Shown here: in pieces, positions 47,119 to 57,444 of the stretch
Layout of the letters: each line of letters starts with the position of its first letter
How positions within the stretch are numbered: the stretch's first letter is position 1
DNA from: a virus
Direction: 5' to 3' (one strand)
DNA length: 64,000 bases
IMG/VR virus record: IMGVR_UViG_3300027788_000004
Coordinates: 1 to 64,000 of that record
The notes under the pieces: generated by a model
The model's input: the letters and a program-made list of their open reading frames with translations, nothing else
The model's database searches: none
What the model was told of the DNA's origin: nothing
Made by a program: the position numbers and the translations under genes

Positions 47119-48033
47119 ATGAGTGAATTTGATTTATTTAATTTGTCTTTAGAAGATTTTCAAACTAAAGATGAAGTAACAGAAACAAAAGGACCAGGCT
47201 TATATAAAGCTAATCCAACCGAAGGAAAAGATAACGTTTATCGAAGTGTTATCAGATTCCTACCAAACCACACAGATCCAAAAAATTCTATCGTTAAGAA
47301 GTTTTCTTATTGGTTAGAAGATTCTCAAGGTAACGCAGGTTACTTCGATTGTCCAACTACCATAGGAGAAAAATCTATTATTGGTGATACTTATTGGAAA
47401 CTTGCGAAATCTCAATCAGCTTTCGATCAAAAACAAGCAGAAAAAATTAGAAGAAAGGAATACTACTTCTCAATTATTCAAATTGTTAAAGATCCACAAA
47501 GACCTGAATTAGACGGTACTCTTCAAGTGTTTAGATTCCCTAAAACTCTTAAGAAATTTATCGACGGACAAACTTCTCCTTCAATTGAAGATATTGAATT
47601 ATCTGGTGCAGAACCATGTAATGTATATGATTTATTTGAAGGTAAAGATTTCTCTTTGAAGGTAACTCTTAAAGGTGGATATTGGAATTATGACGAGTGT
47701 AAATTCTTAGCGAAATCAACTGTTCAAGTTGGTGGAGTGCCAATGGAAAATAACGCTGAATGTAAAAAACAAATTATGGAAATGTTAAGTTCATCTCCTG
47801 ATTTAACTATTTACAAATATAGAGCTTGGAACGATGACCAACGAAATAAACTTCATGGAATTCTACAAGATATTTCAGGAAATCCTGGAGAATCTTACAG
47901 AAAACTTACTCCAGAAGAGAGTGGTAAAACTGAAAACAAAGCTCCAACTAATACACCAGCTGCTAAAGCTACCAGTGCATCAAAACCGGAAGGCGAAGAT
48001 GATATGGAAGCTTGGTTAAATGGTGTTGGATAA
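47119..48033 (+). CDS. gp32: Single-stranded DNA-binding protein (T4 gp32-like)
   Basis: SVIRFLP, CPTTIGE, DPQRPELDG.LQVFRF, YDLFEGKDFSLKV...NYDECKF, and an acidic C-terminal tail. Confidence 0.9.
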   Translation: MSEFDLFNLSLEDFQTKDEVTETKGPGLYKANPTEGKDNVYRSVIRFLPNHTDPKNSIVKKFSYWLEDSQGNAGYFDCPTTIGEKSIIGDTYWKLAKSQSAFDQKQAEKIRRKEYYFSIIQIVKDPQRPELDGTLQVFRFPKTLKKFIDGQTSPSIEDIELSGAEPCNVYDLFEGKDFSLKVTLKGGYWNYDECKFLAKSTVQVGGVPMENNAECKKQIMEMLSSSPDLTIYKYRAWNDDQRNKLHGILQDISGNPGESYRKLTPEESGKTENKAPTNTPAAKATSASKPEGEDDMEAWLNGVG

Positions 48034-48043
48034 TAATTACTAT

Positions 48044-48080
48044 GGCCTCTATTCTTAATTGAATAGGGGCTATTAGTTTA
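48044..48080 (+). terminator. Rho-independent terminator/hairpin after the SSB gene
   Basis: GGCCTCTATTC-ttaatt-GAATAGGGGCT stem followed by a T-rich tract. Confidence 0.65.
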
Positions 48081-48088
48081 TTTAATTT

Positions 48089-49150
48089 ATGGAGACAAAG
48101 ACTATAATATCACAAGAGATTAAAAATAATCTCATTCAAAAACTTTCTAACGTATTATCATCAGAATTTAACGGAGAGAAAGCTAGAATTAAAGTAGGAT
48201 ATGATAGACTTAATTTTGCATGTCCGTATTGTGGAGATTCTGCAGAAAATTATAGAAAGAAACGAGGTAATGTTTATTGGAAATCGTTAATGTTTCATTG
48301 TTATAATTGTAGCAAGCACACAAACGTTTTACAATTATTAAAGGATTACGAAAATGGTTTAACTAATCATAGCGAAGTTGGAACTGTATTAGATTTTATA
48401 GCAGAAAATAAAGTAGTTGTACAATCAACAGAATACTTAGAAATAGGAGTATTTCAAAATTTACAAAAACTATCTATAGATCGAAAAGAATTTATAAAAG
48501 AATTAAAATTAACAATTCCTTCAAAAAATTCGATTGGCTATAAATTTATAAAGTCTAGATTTTTATTACAGAGAATTAATCATTTTGCATGGAGCGATAA
48601 AGATAATCAATTATATGTTTTTAATTTAACAAACGAAGATAAAATAATTGGATATCAAATAAGAAACTTTACTAAAGGGCGAACTAAATATGTGAGTTAT
48701 ACAATCGAAAAAATGTATAATGAAATGAAAAGAGAATTTAATATAAGTGAAGGCGTTGAGAAAATGAACACCCTATCGTTGTATTATAATATAATGAAGG
48801 TTGATTTATCAAGAACCTTTACTATTTTTGAAGGCCCTACTGATGCATTATTATTTCCTAATAATTCAATAGCATTGAGTGGAATAAACAAAAATTCAGA
48901 TATGTTTGATGATATGATAACTGCAAGATATTTCTTTGATAATGATTCTATTGGTAGAAAAACAATGGAACAAAAATTAAAACGAAAGAAATCTGTGTTT
49001 ATGTGGAAAAAATTCTTAAAGGAAAATAAAATAGAAAATTGCAAAGATTTTAATGATTTGATTAGGTTTTGTTATTTCCATAAAAATAGTGCTTATAAAA
49101 ATTTAGATAAATACTTTACAACAAGTCCATATGACCTCATTAACATTTAA
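48089..49150 (+). CDS. gp61: DNA primase (T4 gp61-like)
   Basis: CPYCGDS...FHCYNC zinc finger; TOPRIM motifs FEGPTDAL, FFDND and KDFND. Confidence 0.9.
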   Translation: METKTIISQEIKNNLIQKLSNVLSSEFNGEKARIKVGYDRLNFACPYCGDSAENYRKKRGNVYWKSLMFHCYNCSKHTNVLQLLKDYENGLTNHSEVGTVLDFIAENKVVVQSTEYLEIGVFQNLQKLSIDRKEFIKELKLTIPSKNSIGYKFIKSRFLLQRINHFAWSDKDNQLYVFNLTNEDKIIGYQIRNFTKGRTKYVSYTIEKMYNEMKREFNISEGVEKMNTLSLYYNIMKVDLSRTFTIFEGPTDALLFPNNSIALSGINKNSDMFDDMITARYFFDNDSIGRKTMEQKLKRKKSVFMWKKFLKENKIENCKDFNDLIRFCYFHKNSAYKNLDKYFTTSPYDLINI

Positions 49151-49364
49151 GAAATTCCAAGAATTTGTGAACGAAGAACTAGATCAATTTTATGAAGAGG
49201 CTGAGATAAGCCAAAAAAATTACAAAATACCAGTAGACTTAAAAAAGAAAGACTATTCGTATAGTGGTTCTATGTTGCATGTTGAAAAGGCTAAAAAACC
49301 AGATACAATTACAAAAATTAAAAAAACTTGGGTAAAACCAGGAACAACTAAAAACTTATTTTAA
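49131..49364 (+). CDS. Hypothetical protein
   Basis: 77 aa ORF bridging primase and UvsY. Confidence 0.6.
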   Translation: MTSLTFKKFQEFVNEELDQFYEEAEISQKNYKIPVDLKKKDYSYSGSMLHVEKAKKPDTITKIKKTWVKPGTTKNLF

Positions 49365-49804
49365 TGGCGGATCTAAGCGAAGAAAAATTAGAAAAGATAG
49401 AAAAATTATTAGAGAGTGAAAGATCTGAATGGTCTAAAAAAATTCAAGATCTAATTAAAGATATTAAAGATGCTCATAAACTAGCATTAGCTCAAACATA
49501 TATGTTATCTTATCGACATATGATCGTTGATAAAACAATGGAATTTAATATAATGTTAGGTAAAAAGCGTGCTGGAGATTCTAATTATTCTAAAATGAGA
49601 TATCAATACTATAAAACAAATCATGATGTTAGATTAGAACATAGAGAAATTTTAGAATATATCAAATCTGATATGTCATTAAGAAATAGAGAAACAAATT
49701 TAATAGAAAACCAAATTGCGTATTATAGACAGTGTAACGAGACTTTAGATAAAATGGGATTTGCAATAAAAAATAGAGTTACCTTAGCAACGAATGATAT
49801 TTGA
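49364..49804 (+). CDS. uvsY: Recombination mediator, UvsY-like
   Basis: Helical 146 aa protein with a C-terminal LDKMGFAIKNRV, directly before UvsW. Confidence 0.65.
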   Translation: MADLSEEKLEKIEKLLESERSEWSKKIQDLIKDIKDAHKLALAQTYMLSYRHMIVDKTMEFNIMLGKKRAGDSNYSKMRYQYYKTNHDVRLEHREILEYIKSDMSLRNRETNLIENQIAYYRQCNETLDKMGFAIKNRVTLATNDI

Positions 49805-51308
49805 TTTAACACATAACGGAAGAATTTTAACTTTACGAGATGCAACTGAAATAGAAATTGATCAGTTAAGAATCTCGTTAACAAGACGTATAGACAATTG
49901 GAGATGGGATCCTAGAGTCAAGAAAGGCTGGTGGGATGGTAGAATATCTTATTTCAAAAATGAAATGTATGTTCCAGCTGGTTTATGGAGCTTAATACGA
50001 GATACTTGTAAAGAATATAATTTTGATTTACATATAAATAATCTGAATCAAAAATTTGATAGATCGACAAAACAGGAAGATTTTACTCAATGGGTTAAGG
50101 AAACCTTCAAAAATCATGAATTAACGCCGAGACCATATCAAATAGAAACAGCATATAATATAATAAAGAATAAATCATGTTTGGCAGAACTAGCTACTTC
50201 TGCAGGAAAATCACTTATACTTTATATAATTATAGGATGGCTCATAGAGAAAAAGAAAACTGGAAAAATACTAATGATTGTTCCTAACGTTAGTTTAGTT
50301 GTTCAGGCAACTGAAGATTTTTACGAATATAATCGAGGATCTTTAGATTTAGATTTACAGATACAACAAATTTTCTCAGGATCTAAAGTACGAAAGGGTG
50401 CTAATATAGTTATCGGAACCTATCAATCTTTAGTTAAAAAGAAAAAGGAGTATTTCGATGATTATACAACAGTTATGGTTGATGAAACTCATAAAGCTAA
50501 AGCTGCTTCAATTAAAACAATTTTAGAAAAATGCCAAATGGCTGATCGAGTTTTTGGAGTTAGTGGAACTATTCCGAAGGCTGATAGTTTAGATAGACTT
50601 ACATTAATGGCATATACCGGACCTCTTATTCAAAAGGTTGGAGCAGCAGAATTAATCAAAGGAGGGTATATTTCTCCAGTAGAAGTTAAAGTAATTGAAA
50701 TGAATTATGCACCAGATAGTGTTAGAGAATCATTCAAATTTTTAACAAAAACGGAAGAGGATAGAAAACGTCTTTTGAATTTAGAGCAAAATTACGCTAT
50801 GAATGATAAGACTCGATTAAATTTTATAACAGATACTTTATTAAAAGTTAAGAAAAATCAATTAGTATTATTTTATAGAGTTGATTATGGAAATAGTTTA
50901 CATAACGAATTACGAAATAAGTCCACTAGACGGATTTTTTATATTGATGGAGGCACTGATAAAGATCTTAGAGAAGAATATAAAAGACAAATGGAAGATG
51001 GTGAGGGGAAGATCTTAGTGGCTTCTTTCGGTACATTCTCTACCGGAATAAATATCAAAAATTTACATACTGTTAGTCTTACAGAATCTTTCAAATCAGA
51101 TGTTATTATTCGTCAATCTATAGGAAGAGGATTAAGAAAACATGATACAAAAGACAAGCTAATTATTTTAGATTTTGTTGATGATTATAGGTTTGAAAGT
51201 TTTACTAATTATTTATATAGACATTCTAAAAAACGTAGAGAAATTTACGATGAACAAAAATTTCCTTATGAAATTAAAAGTTTAGATTTGTCAAAGATAT
51301 ATAATTAA
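49794..51308 (+). CDS. uvsW: UvsW-like SF2 DNA helicase
   Basis: WDGRI, PRPYQ, ATSAGKS, DETH, SGT, STGINIKNLH, QSIGRGLR. Confidence 0.92.
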   Translation: MIFDLTHNGRILTLRDATEIEIDQLRISLTRRIDNWRWDPRVKKGWWDGRISYFKNEMYVPAGLWSLIRDTCKEYNFDLHINNLNQKFDRSTKQEDFTQWVKETFKNHELTPRPYQIETAYNIIKNKSCLAELATSAGKSLILYIIIGWLIEKKKTGKILMIVPNVSLVVQATEDFYEYNRGSLDLDLQIQQIFSGSKVRKGANIVIGTYQSLVKKKKEYFDDYTTVMVDETHKAKAASIKTILEKCQMADRVFGVSGTIPKADSLDRLTLMAYTGPLIQKVGAAELIKGGYISPVEVKVIEMNYAPDSVRESFKFLTKTEEDRKRLLNLEQNYAMNDKTRLNFITDTLLKVKKNQLVLFYRVDYGNSLHNELRNKSTRRIFYIDGGTDKDLREEYKRQMEDGEGKILVASFGTFSTGINIKNLHTVSLTESFKSDVIIRQSIGRGLRKHDTKDKLIILDFVDDYRFESFTNYLYRHSKKRREIYDEQKFPYEIKSLDLSKIYN

Positions 51309-51329
51309 AAGAAAAAATAGAAAATCCAA

Positions 51330-51866
51330 ATGGGAAAGACTACAGGAAAACTAAAGTATGATTTAGCTTTAACTACGACTACAGTATATGACGCATCATC
51401 CATATATGTTAATAAAACAGCTGAACTGTCAATTGACGGTAATGCAAACCTACAATACAAAACCATAGGCGCTACTTATGCAGATAATACTGGACTATGG
51501 CCAACAGATGCGAATCTATTCCCAGGACCTGCTATTACACAAGGAAAGGCTTATTTATACGTTAGAAATTTAGGACCTTCTAATGCAGCTACTCTTAGAG
51601 TTTCTACATCAACATTACAAGATAATACCGATGTATTACCAACTCCAGCCGGTGATGGAATTCCTGATAATTATGACCCTAATCAATTTGCAGATATCGC
51701 TATTAATGAATTTGCTTTTTTACCTGTATGTGTTGGTGCAAGTACAGTTAACATACATATGAAATCAGGTTATGTTGTTGGTCCAACTTGGGCAGGGGCT
51801 ACATATAATGAAATAGAAATAGGTTATTTCAGAAATATGCCAAATATCGATGGACCTAAATACTAA
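51330..51866 (+). CDS. Putative virion protein
   Basis: Late-type motif at 51296; beta-rich (YLYVRNLG); G-A-T motifs. Confidence 0.55.
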   Translation: MGKTTGKLKYDLALTTTTVYDASSIYVNKTAELSIDGNANLQYKTIGATYADNTGLWPTDANLFPGPAITQGKAYLYVRNLGPSNAATLRVSTSTLQDNTDVLPTPAGDGIPDNYDPNQFADIAINEFAFLPVCVGASTVNIHMKSGYVVGPTWAGATYNEIEIGYFRNMPNIDGPKY

Positions 51867-51913
51867 TCAAATATATAACTTAAAATATAACTTAAAACAA
51901 AAATTATAAAACA

Positions 51914-53044
51914 ATGGCACTATCAAAATTTTCATCCTTCAAAAAGGAAAGATCGACGATTAAAGAATCTCGATTAAAAGAAGCCAAAGTAAAAAAGTTC
52001 AATAAGCTTTTCTCAGAAAAACTTAAAGATCTTAAAGTTGCTTCGGTTGCTGATCTTTCGGAAGATCAAATGGATTCATTTTTAGAATCGTTAAAAAAAG
52101 AAAAGGTAGTAAATGAAGATCGAGCTCGAGAAATTGAAGCCGATGTAATTGCTGCAGGAAAACCACAAGAACTTGGTTCTGCTGATTCTGAATCTGAATC
52201 GGAAAGATCTAAAAAATATAACACAGTACCTAAATCGTCAGAAGAATTAGCAGAAGATCATGTTGAAGGACATGATGAAGAAGTTGATGAAGCTAAAAAA
52301 GCAGTAAAGGAAGATGAGGAAGATGACGGAGTTGAGACTAAGGATAAAGGCGAAGAAGAAGAAGATAAAGGCGGTGAAGAAGAAGATAAAGGCGATGTAA
52401 AGGTTGATTCGGAAGATGATGCTGAAAAGGCTGATCATTATAAAGGAGCGGTTAAATCTGATGATGCTGAAATCGAAACAGATAAGAAAGAAATCAAAGC
52501 TCTTAAAAAAGATGCTGATTTTGACAAAAAGGAAGAAGAGGAAGAAGAGGAATTAGAAGAATCAGTAGTTAACGAAAAATTAGCAAAAGGATTAAAGCCT
52601 CTATTAACTATAGGTTTAACTATTACTAAGAAGACTGGTGAGGAAGCATTATTAAAACTTTCTGATGACTTTGACGCTTTAGGCGATGAAGATGCTGATA
52701 ATATAGGAAGCCACTTAAATATGGCTATTGAATTAATGCAAGATGGTTATCCTGGAGATGCTACTAAAAAATTAAAGCAATTCAATAAAGCTTGCAAGGA
52801 TGTTCTTGCTGGAAAAAAAGTTGGTTCAGCTTTTGAATCAGTTACTGAATCTTCTATCTTAGAAGCAAAGGAAATTAAATCTGATGCTGAATTTGATAAA
52901 TATGCAGATGAGATGTTAAAAAAAGCGCATCCAGACGATTTTGACGAAAAGATCGCAAAGAAAGTTAAGGATGGTCTTAAAAAGAAATACGGAGATGATT
53001 ATGGAGCTGCAGTTGGAGCTTTATCTTCAGGGTTCGGAGGATAA
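51914..53044 (+). CDS. Acidic internal head/core-like polyprotein
   Basis: Very D/E/K-rich; modules separated by IKE, LKE, VNE, LEE, VTE and ILE sites. Confidence 0.6.
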   Translation: MALSKFSSFKKERSTIKESRLKEAKVKKFNKLFSEKLKDLKVASVADLSEDQMDSFLESLKKEKVVNEDRAREIEADVIAAGKPQELGSADSESESERSKKYNTVPKSSEELAEDHVEGHDEEVDEAKKAVKEDEEDDGVETKDKGEEEEDKGGEEEDKGDVKVDSEDDAEKADHYKGAVKSDDAEIETDKKEIKALKKDADFDKKEEEEEEELEESVVNEKLAKGLKPLLTIGLTITKKTGEEALLKLSDDFDALGDEDADNIGSHLNMAIELMQDGYPGDATKKLKQFNKACKDVLAGKKVGSAFESVTESSILEAKEIKSDAEFDKYADEMLKKAHPDDFDEKIAKKVKDGLKKKYGDDYGAAVGALSSGFGG

Positions 53045-53083
53045 ACTAAACTAAACAGATAATAAATATAATCACGCGTAGAT

Positions 53084-54280
53084 ATGAAAAACAATTACAT
53101 GAATTTTGAAGTATTCAATGAATACCAATCAATTATAGAAAAACGAAAAAACGAATTTGATTCTTACGAGCCAATTAACGAAGCTTTTGATTCTTCTATA
53201 CTTAGACAACTATCTAGTCAAGAAAGTGGTAGTAGATGGACAAACAAATTTGCTAAAGACTTCTTCAAATTTTCTAACATTAAACTAGATAAAATTACTA
53301 ACGAAGATTTTATTCAGATTAGCCCAGCTGAATGGTGGTCTCAAGGATATTCAAAGAACAATCAAGCTATTGGATTCTTTGTAGATGATAATCCTGAATT
53401 ATTCAAATCTTGGGATACAAGATTACAGCAAAGAATGGATAATGAAGGTAAGAAATTAAAATTAAATAAAATTCTTAAGAATGCACAAGGTGTTGGACTT
53501 GTATTAACAATCATGAGAGGTAAGGTTGGTATGTGGTACGGATTCGAACAAGATGCTGGAACTAGTGGTTATCGTAGATATAAAAAATCACCAGATCAAC
53601 GATATGGTGTTCTTGCCGATCAATGGAGAACTGATTCTTCATATCGTTATGAAGGTGTTCCTTCACCAGATGCAAAAATAACTAGAAAGAATCTTGAATT
53701 AGTTGCAACTAAAGTATATGTTCTTGATATGAGTGCATTAGAATCTAAATATAGTAATTCAGAACTACAAACTGCAAGAGCCGAAGCTAAATCAGGAGCT
53801 GCAGCATTTACTACACCAGAACAAGTTAAAAAGGATAATCAAAGAAGATACGAACAAGCACTACAAGATAAAACAACACCAGATCAATTATGGAAAGATA
53901 TCAGTGGTGCATTAACTAAGTATATGAATTGGTTTCAAACTAAGCTTACCGATATTACTCCAAAAAATGCTAAAGATCTTAATACAAAAGTAAAATTTGG
54001 AGGTTGGGGACAAGAGAGTTTAATTAGACCAATCAATCAAATGCTTAGAACTATTGAAGATATGTCTAGAGAATATGACTATGCAATGAGAGATATGGAA
54101 GCTGCAGAAAAATACGCTGAAAAGATTAAGGATTCTGATGATGATCAGAAAAAACTTCAATACGAAGCAGAAGTAAGTTATTATTCAAAATCAATGGATC
54201 GATATAACACAAAGGCAATGGGTTATAGAAAAGAAATTACTCAATATGTTGCTGATGTTGATGCAATCGTAAAAGGATAA
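53084..54280 (+). CDS. Putative capsid-packaged protein
   Basis: N-terminal YMNFEVFNEY...IIE...INE leader. Confidence 0.55.
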   Translation: MKNNYMNFEVFNEYQSIIEKRKNEFDSYEPINEAFDSSILRQLSSQESGSRWTNKFAKDFFKFSNIKLDKITNEDFIQISPAEWWSQGYSKNNQAIGFFVDDNPELFKSWDTRLQQRMDNEGKKLKLNKILKNAQGVGLVLTIMRGKVGMWYGFEQDAGTSGYRRYKKSPDQRYGVLADQWRTDSSYRYEGVPSPDAKITRKNLELVATKVYVLDMSALESKYSNSELQTARAEAKSGAAAFTTPEQVKKDNQRRYEQALQDKTTPDQLWKDISGALTKYMNWFQTKLTDITPKNAKDLNTKVKFGGWGQESLIRPINQMLRTIEDMSREYDYAMRDMEAAEKYAEKIKDSDDDQKKLQYEAEVSYYSKSMDRYNTKAMGYRKEITQYVADVDAIVKG

Positions 54281-54294
54281 AATAATACAATATA

Positions 54295-55584
54295 ATGGGT
54301 TTTTATAACTACTCGCAATTTGTTTCAGAAAGTGCTATCAATCAATTTTTATTTGAGGGTGGTTCTTTTGGACATATGGCTCATCCATACGATGATGTTA
54401 ATTTAACATTCAGCGAAATCAAAGATTTAATTTCAGATGCACTTCAAGGAGGCTTAAATAAAGAGGTTGTTACAACTGAAAAATTAGATGGCCAAGCAAT
54501 CGCAGTATCATGGAAAGATGGTAGATTGATTGCATCTAGAAACAAAGGCGATCGAAAGAACTTTGGTGCTGCAGGTTTAACTATACAAGATGTAATAACT
54601 AAATTTGAAGGTCGTGGAGATCTAGCAGATGCCTTTACTTTTGCAATGCAAGATCTAGAATCTGCAATATCTAAGATTAACCCAAAGGAACGAGAGAAAA
54701 TTTTCGGAGAGGGAAAGCGTTTTATGCATTTAGAATTGATTTATCCAAAAACATCGAATGTAATAAATTATGATACACCTAAATTGATATTCCATAATAC
54801 AACAGAATATGATGAAGCTGGTAACGCAGTAGGTGAAGATAAGTCAAATGCATCTACGTTAACAAAACTTATTAAGGATGTTAATGCAGACGTTCAAAAG
54901 AATTTTCAAATAGATCCTCCAAAGGCTGTTGAATTTTCTAAGAATATAAATTATGAATCGGATCGAGCTAGTTTTTATACAGAATTATCAAAAATTCAAA
55001 AATCTACAGGTCTTAAAGATAATCAATCGATAAAAGATTATATTAGAAAACAATACGCCGAAACAATCGAAGGTATGGCTTCTAAGTATGGTTATGATTT
55101 AGCACCTAATATATTAGAAGGTTTAATAAATAGATTCGCATTTCAAGATAAAAGTTTTAGAATTCCTGATATTAAAAAGGCAATAACTAATAAAGATTTT
55201 TTGAAATGGACATTAGATTTTGCTAAAGAAAAAAACGTAGCAAATTATTACAAACAAATTATTTCACCATTTGAAAATCTTTTCTTGAGATTAGGTGTGA
55301 GAGTTATACAATTAGCTACTGGATTCTTAGCATTGAATCCTGATAAAGTAGTTAAAGATATTAAAACTGAATTAGAATCTGGAATTAAAAATCTTAGATC
55401 TTCCGGAAGTGAAGCTGCAAAAGCTAAATTAGAGGCTCAATTAAAAAAATTACAAGCTATTGGAGGATTTGATGCAGTATTACCTTCAGAAGGAATAGTA
55501 TTTCAACATAAAGGAAAGACTTATAAACTTACTGGAGCATTCGCCCCGGTTAATCAGATTCTTGGAATTCTTAGATACGGCTAA
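54295..55584 (+). CDS. Ligase-fold (KxDG) nucleotidyltransferase-like protein with a capsid-targeting leader
   Basis: TEKLDG (motif I), HLEL (III), EGIVF (IV), YKLTG (V); leader [10 protein letters not shown]...LFE. Confidence 0.65.
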   Translation: MGFYNYSQFVSESAINQFLFEGGSFGHMAHPYDDVNLTFSEIKDLISDALQGGLNKEVVTTEKLDGQAIAVSWKDGRLIASRNKGDRKNFGAAGLTIQDVITKFEGRGDLADAFTFAMQDLESAISKINPKEREKIFGEGKRFMHLELIYPKTSNVINYDTPKLIFHNTTEYDEAGNAVGEDKSNASTLTKLIKDVNADVQKNFQIDPPKAVEFSKNINYESDRASFYTELSKIQKSTGLKDNQSIKDYIRKQYAETIEGMASKYGYDLAPNILEGLINRFAFQDKSFRIPDIKKAITNKDFLKWTLDFAKEKNVANYYKQIISPFENLFLRLGVRVIQLATGFLALNPDKVVKDIKTELESGIKNLRSSGSEAAKAKLEAQLKKLQAIGGFDAVLPSEGIVFQHKGKTYKLTGAFAPVNQILGILRYG

Positions 55585-55595
55585 TATATAATTAT

Positions 55596-56612
55596 ATGAA
55601 ATGGATAGGCCAACACATAGTAGATTTAATTACTAGACTTCGTTCCGATGTATATCTTGACGATATAAAGCATACAAATAACCCTACTAAAGTTTTAACG
55701 TTAAATGATAATAATAAGATAACGTTTAGAACACCACATGAAATAGATTCTATTAATAGCATTGGTGCAACTGGTCTTACTGGTAATACTGGTTTAACTG
55801 GATCTACTGGAATGACTGGCTTAACAGGTCTTACTGGCATGACTGGTATCCAAGGAGCTATTGGTAAAACTGGATCTACTGGTCTTACTGGTATCCAAGG
55901 AGCTATTGGTAAAACTGGATCTACTGGTCTTACTGGTATCCAAGGAGCTATTGGTAAAACTGGAATGACAGGTCTTACTGGTTTATCTGGAATGAGCGGC
56001 CAAACAGGATTAACAGGATTAACTGGATTAACTGGAATGAGTGGATCTACTGGATCTACTGGAATACAAGGACCTGCTGGACCTGCCGGCCAAGATAAAC
56101 CAGCCCAAGTAGAATTAGTTAATAATTCGTTTACTATACCAGCAATGAATAAAGATTTACATTATATCGGAGAAGGTGCGGTATCTAGAGTTTATAAAGG
56201 TTGGTCTGGGAGTTCATGGGATAGTACATGGGATTTATCTACCCTTGCTTTACTTCAAACATCATGTACTACTTCTAGAGTTTATAATATCATTAAAGGT
56301 CAAACAACATTCTCAATATGTGGAACCGGATATACAGGAGTAAGAGGTTCAAAAATAAGAATAACAGTTTCTTTTGGAGATTGTTCTTTAGCTGGAGCAA
56401 GAAACTGGCCAAGTTGGACAACGTTAGGGTCTATTGAAGGAACTGCAAATGATAATGGTTCTATTTGCTTTAATGGTACTTTCGTAACACCTACGATTCC
56501 TGCAGTGAAAATCACATGTAATCAAAAATTTATAGTATCATTTACTAGCTTTGATGGTGAAGATCGAATATCAGGACAATTTTCTTATAGAATTCTACAA
56601 TCAATACCTTAA
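55596..56612 (+). CDS. Short collagen-like fibre protein
   Basis: About 37 G-X-Y triplets; Cys-patterned C-terminal domain resembling that of ORF 6..6686. Confidence 0.75.
   Translation: MKWIGQHIVDLITRLRSDVYLDDIKHTNNPTKVLTLNDNNKITFRTPHEIDSINSIGATGLTGNTGLTGSTGMTGLTGLTGMTGIQGAIGKTGSTGLTGIQGAIGKTGSTGLTGIQGAIGKTGMTGLTGLSGMSGQTGLTGLTGLTGMSGSTGSTGIQGPAGPAGQDKPAQVELVNNSFTIPAMNKDLHYIGEGAVSRVYKGWSGSSWDSTWDLSTLALLQTSCTTSRVYNIIKGQTTFSICGTGYTGVRGSKIRITVSFGDCSLAGARNWPSWTTLGSIEGTANDNGSICFNGTFVTPTIPAVKITCNQKFIVSFTSFDGEDRISGQFSYRILQSIP
55842..55964 (+). repeat. 45-bp perfect tandem repeat, about 2.7 copies
   Basis: actggtatccaaggagctattggtaaaactggatctactggtctt at 55842, 55887 and (partial) 55932. Confidence 0.85.
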
Positions 56613-56622
56613 TATATAAAAC

Positions 56623-56997
56623 ATGCAAACAGAAACTCGTTATATACAAGTAACATCAATACCAAATATTGATACAGAACTTATTACTCCTGCAATGTTA
56701 GATTTACCAAATTTCCTTTTAGAGAATATAAATTTAGTAAATTCGTTAACAGAAAAAGGTAATACGATAGATCTATATTCAATAGATAGAAGTCAGCGAA
56801 GTAACCCAGAATCACCTAAGTTTTATATTCTTAAAGAACTTAGGTTACCAGTTGGTGCTACTTTAGTTTTAAGCGAAACCGACTTTCCAGCATTCAATGA
56901 TAATTCTCGAATATGGTATCTTCATATAAATAGCGATTTAGAACCACAAGGAACTATAGATGCAGATATAACATTTACTATAAATGAATCTATTTGA
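56623..56997 (+). CDS. Hypothetical protein, possible fibre adaptor
   Basis: 124 aa, beta-rich (FYILKELRLPVGATLVL); late-type motif at 56611. Confidence 0.6.
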   Translation: MQTETRYIQVTSIPNIDTELITPAMLDLPNFLLENINLVNSLTEKGNTIDLYSIDRSQRSNPESPKFYILKELRLPVGATLVLSETDFPAFNDNSRIWYLHINSDLEPQGTIDADITFTINESI

Positions 56998-57014
56998 TAT
57001 ATGTGTCATATAAT
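56985..57014 (+). promoter_or_regulatory. TGAATC-N16-CATATAAT promoter (one mismatch) for the glycosylase gene
   Basis: tgaatc at 56985 and catataat at 57007; the ATG follows only 5 nt later. Confidence 0.6.
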
Positions 57015-57019
57015 TATAT

Positions 57020-57409
57020 ATGGCTATAATACAACAAGAGTTTCAACACGATCCATGGAAAATGCTGGTGGGTTGCATAATGCTTAATCAAACTAATAAT
57101 AAACAAGTTAGACGAGTAATTTATGATTTTTTCGAGACATATCCAAATCCGCAATCTATAACAGAAGATTCTATACCAGATATAACTGAGAGATTAAGAC
57201 CTCTAGGTTTCTATAATAGAAGAGCTAGATCTATTCTCAAGTTTAGTCAAGAATATATAAGTAAACAATTCAAACATATCTCTGAATTGTATGGTATTGG
57301 TAAATACGCATCAGATTCTTATGAAATCTTCATCAATGGTAATACAAATGTAGAACCTACTGATAAAATTCTTCTTAGGTATTTGAATGGAGAATTCACA
57401 GAGCAATGA
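57020..57409 (+). CDS. MBD4-like HhH-GPD DNA glycosylase (catalytic domain only)
   Basis: DPWKMLVGCIMLNQT, LRPLGFYNRRA, ELYGIGKYASDSYEIF, EPTDKIL. Confidence 0.85.
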   Translation: MAIIQQEFQHDPWKMLVGCIMLNQTNNKQVRRVIYDFFETYPNPQSITEDSIPDITERLRPLGFYNRRARSILKFSQEYISKQFKHISELYGIGKYASDSYEIFINGNTNVEPTDKILLRYLNGEFTEQ

Positions 57410-57444
57410 GATATATAAAGTATAATTAAAAAAACAAAACTAGA

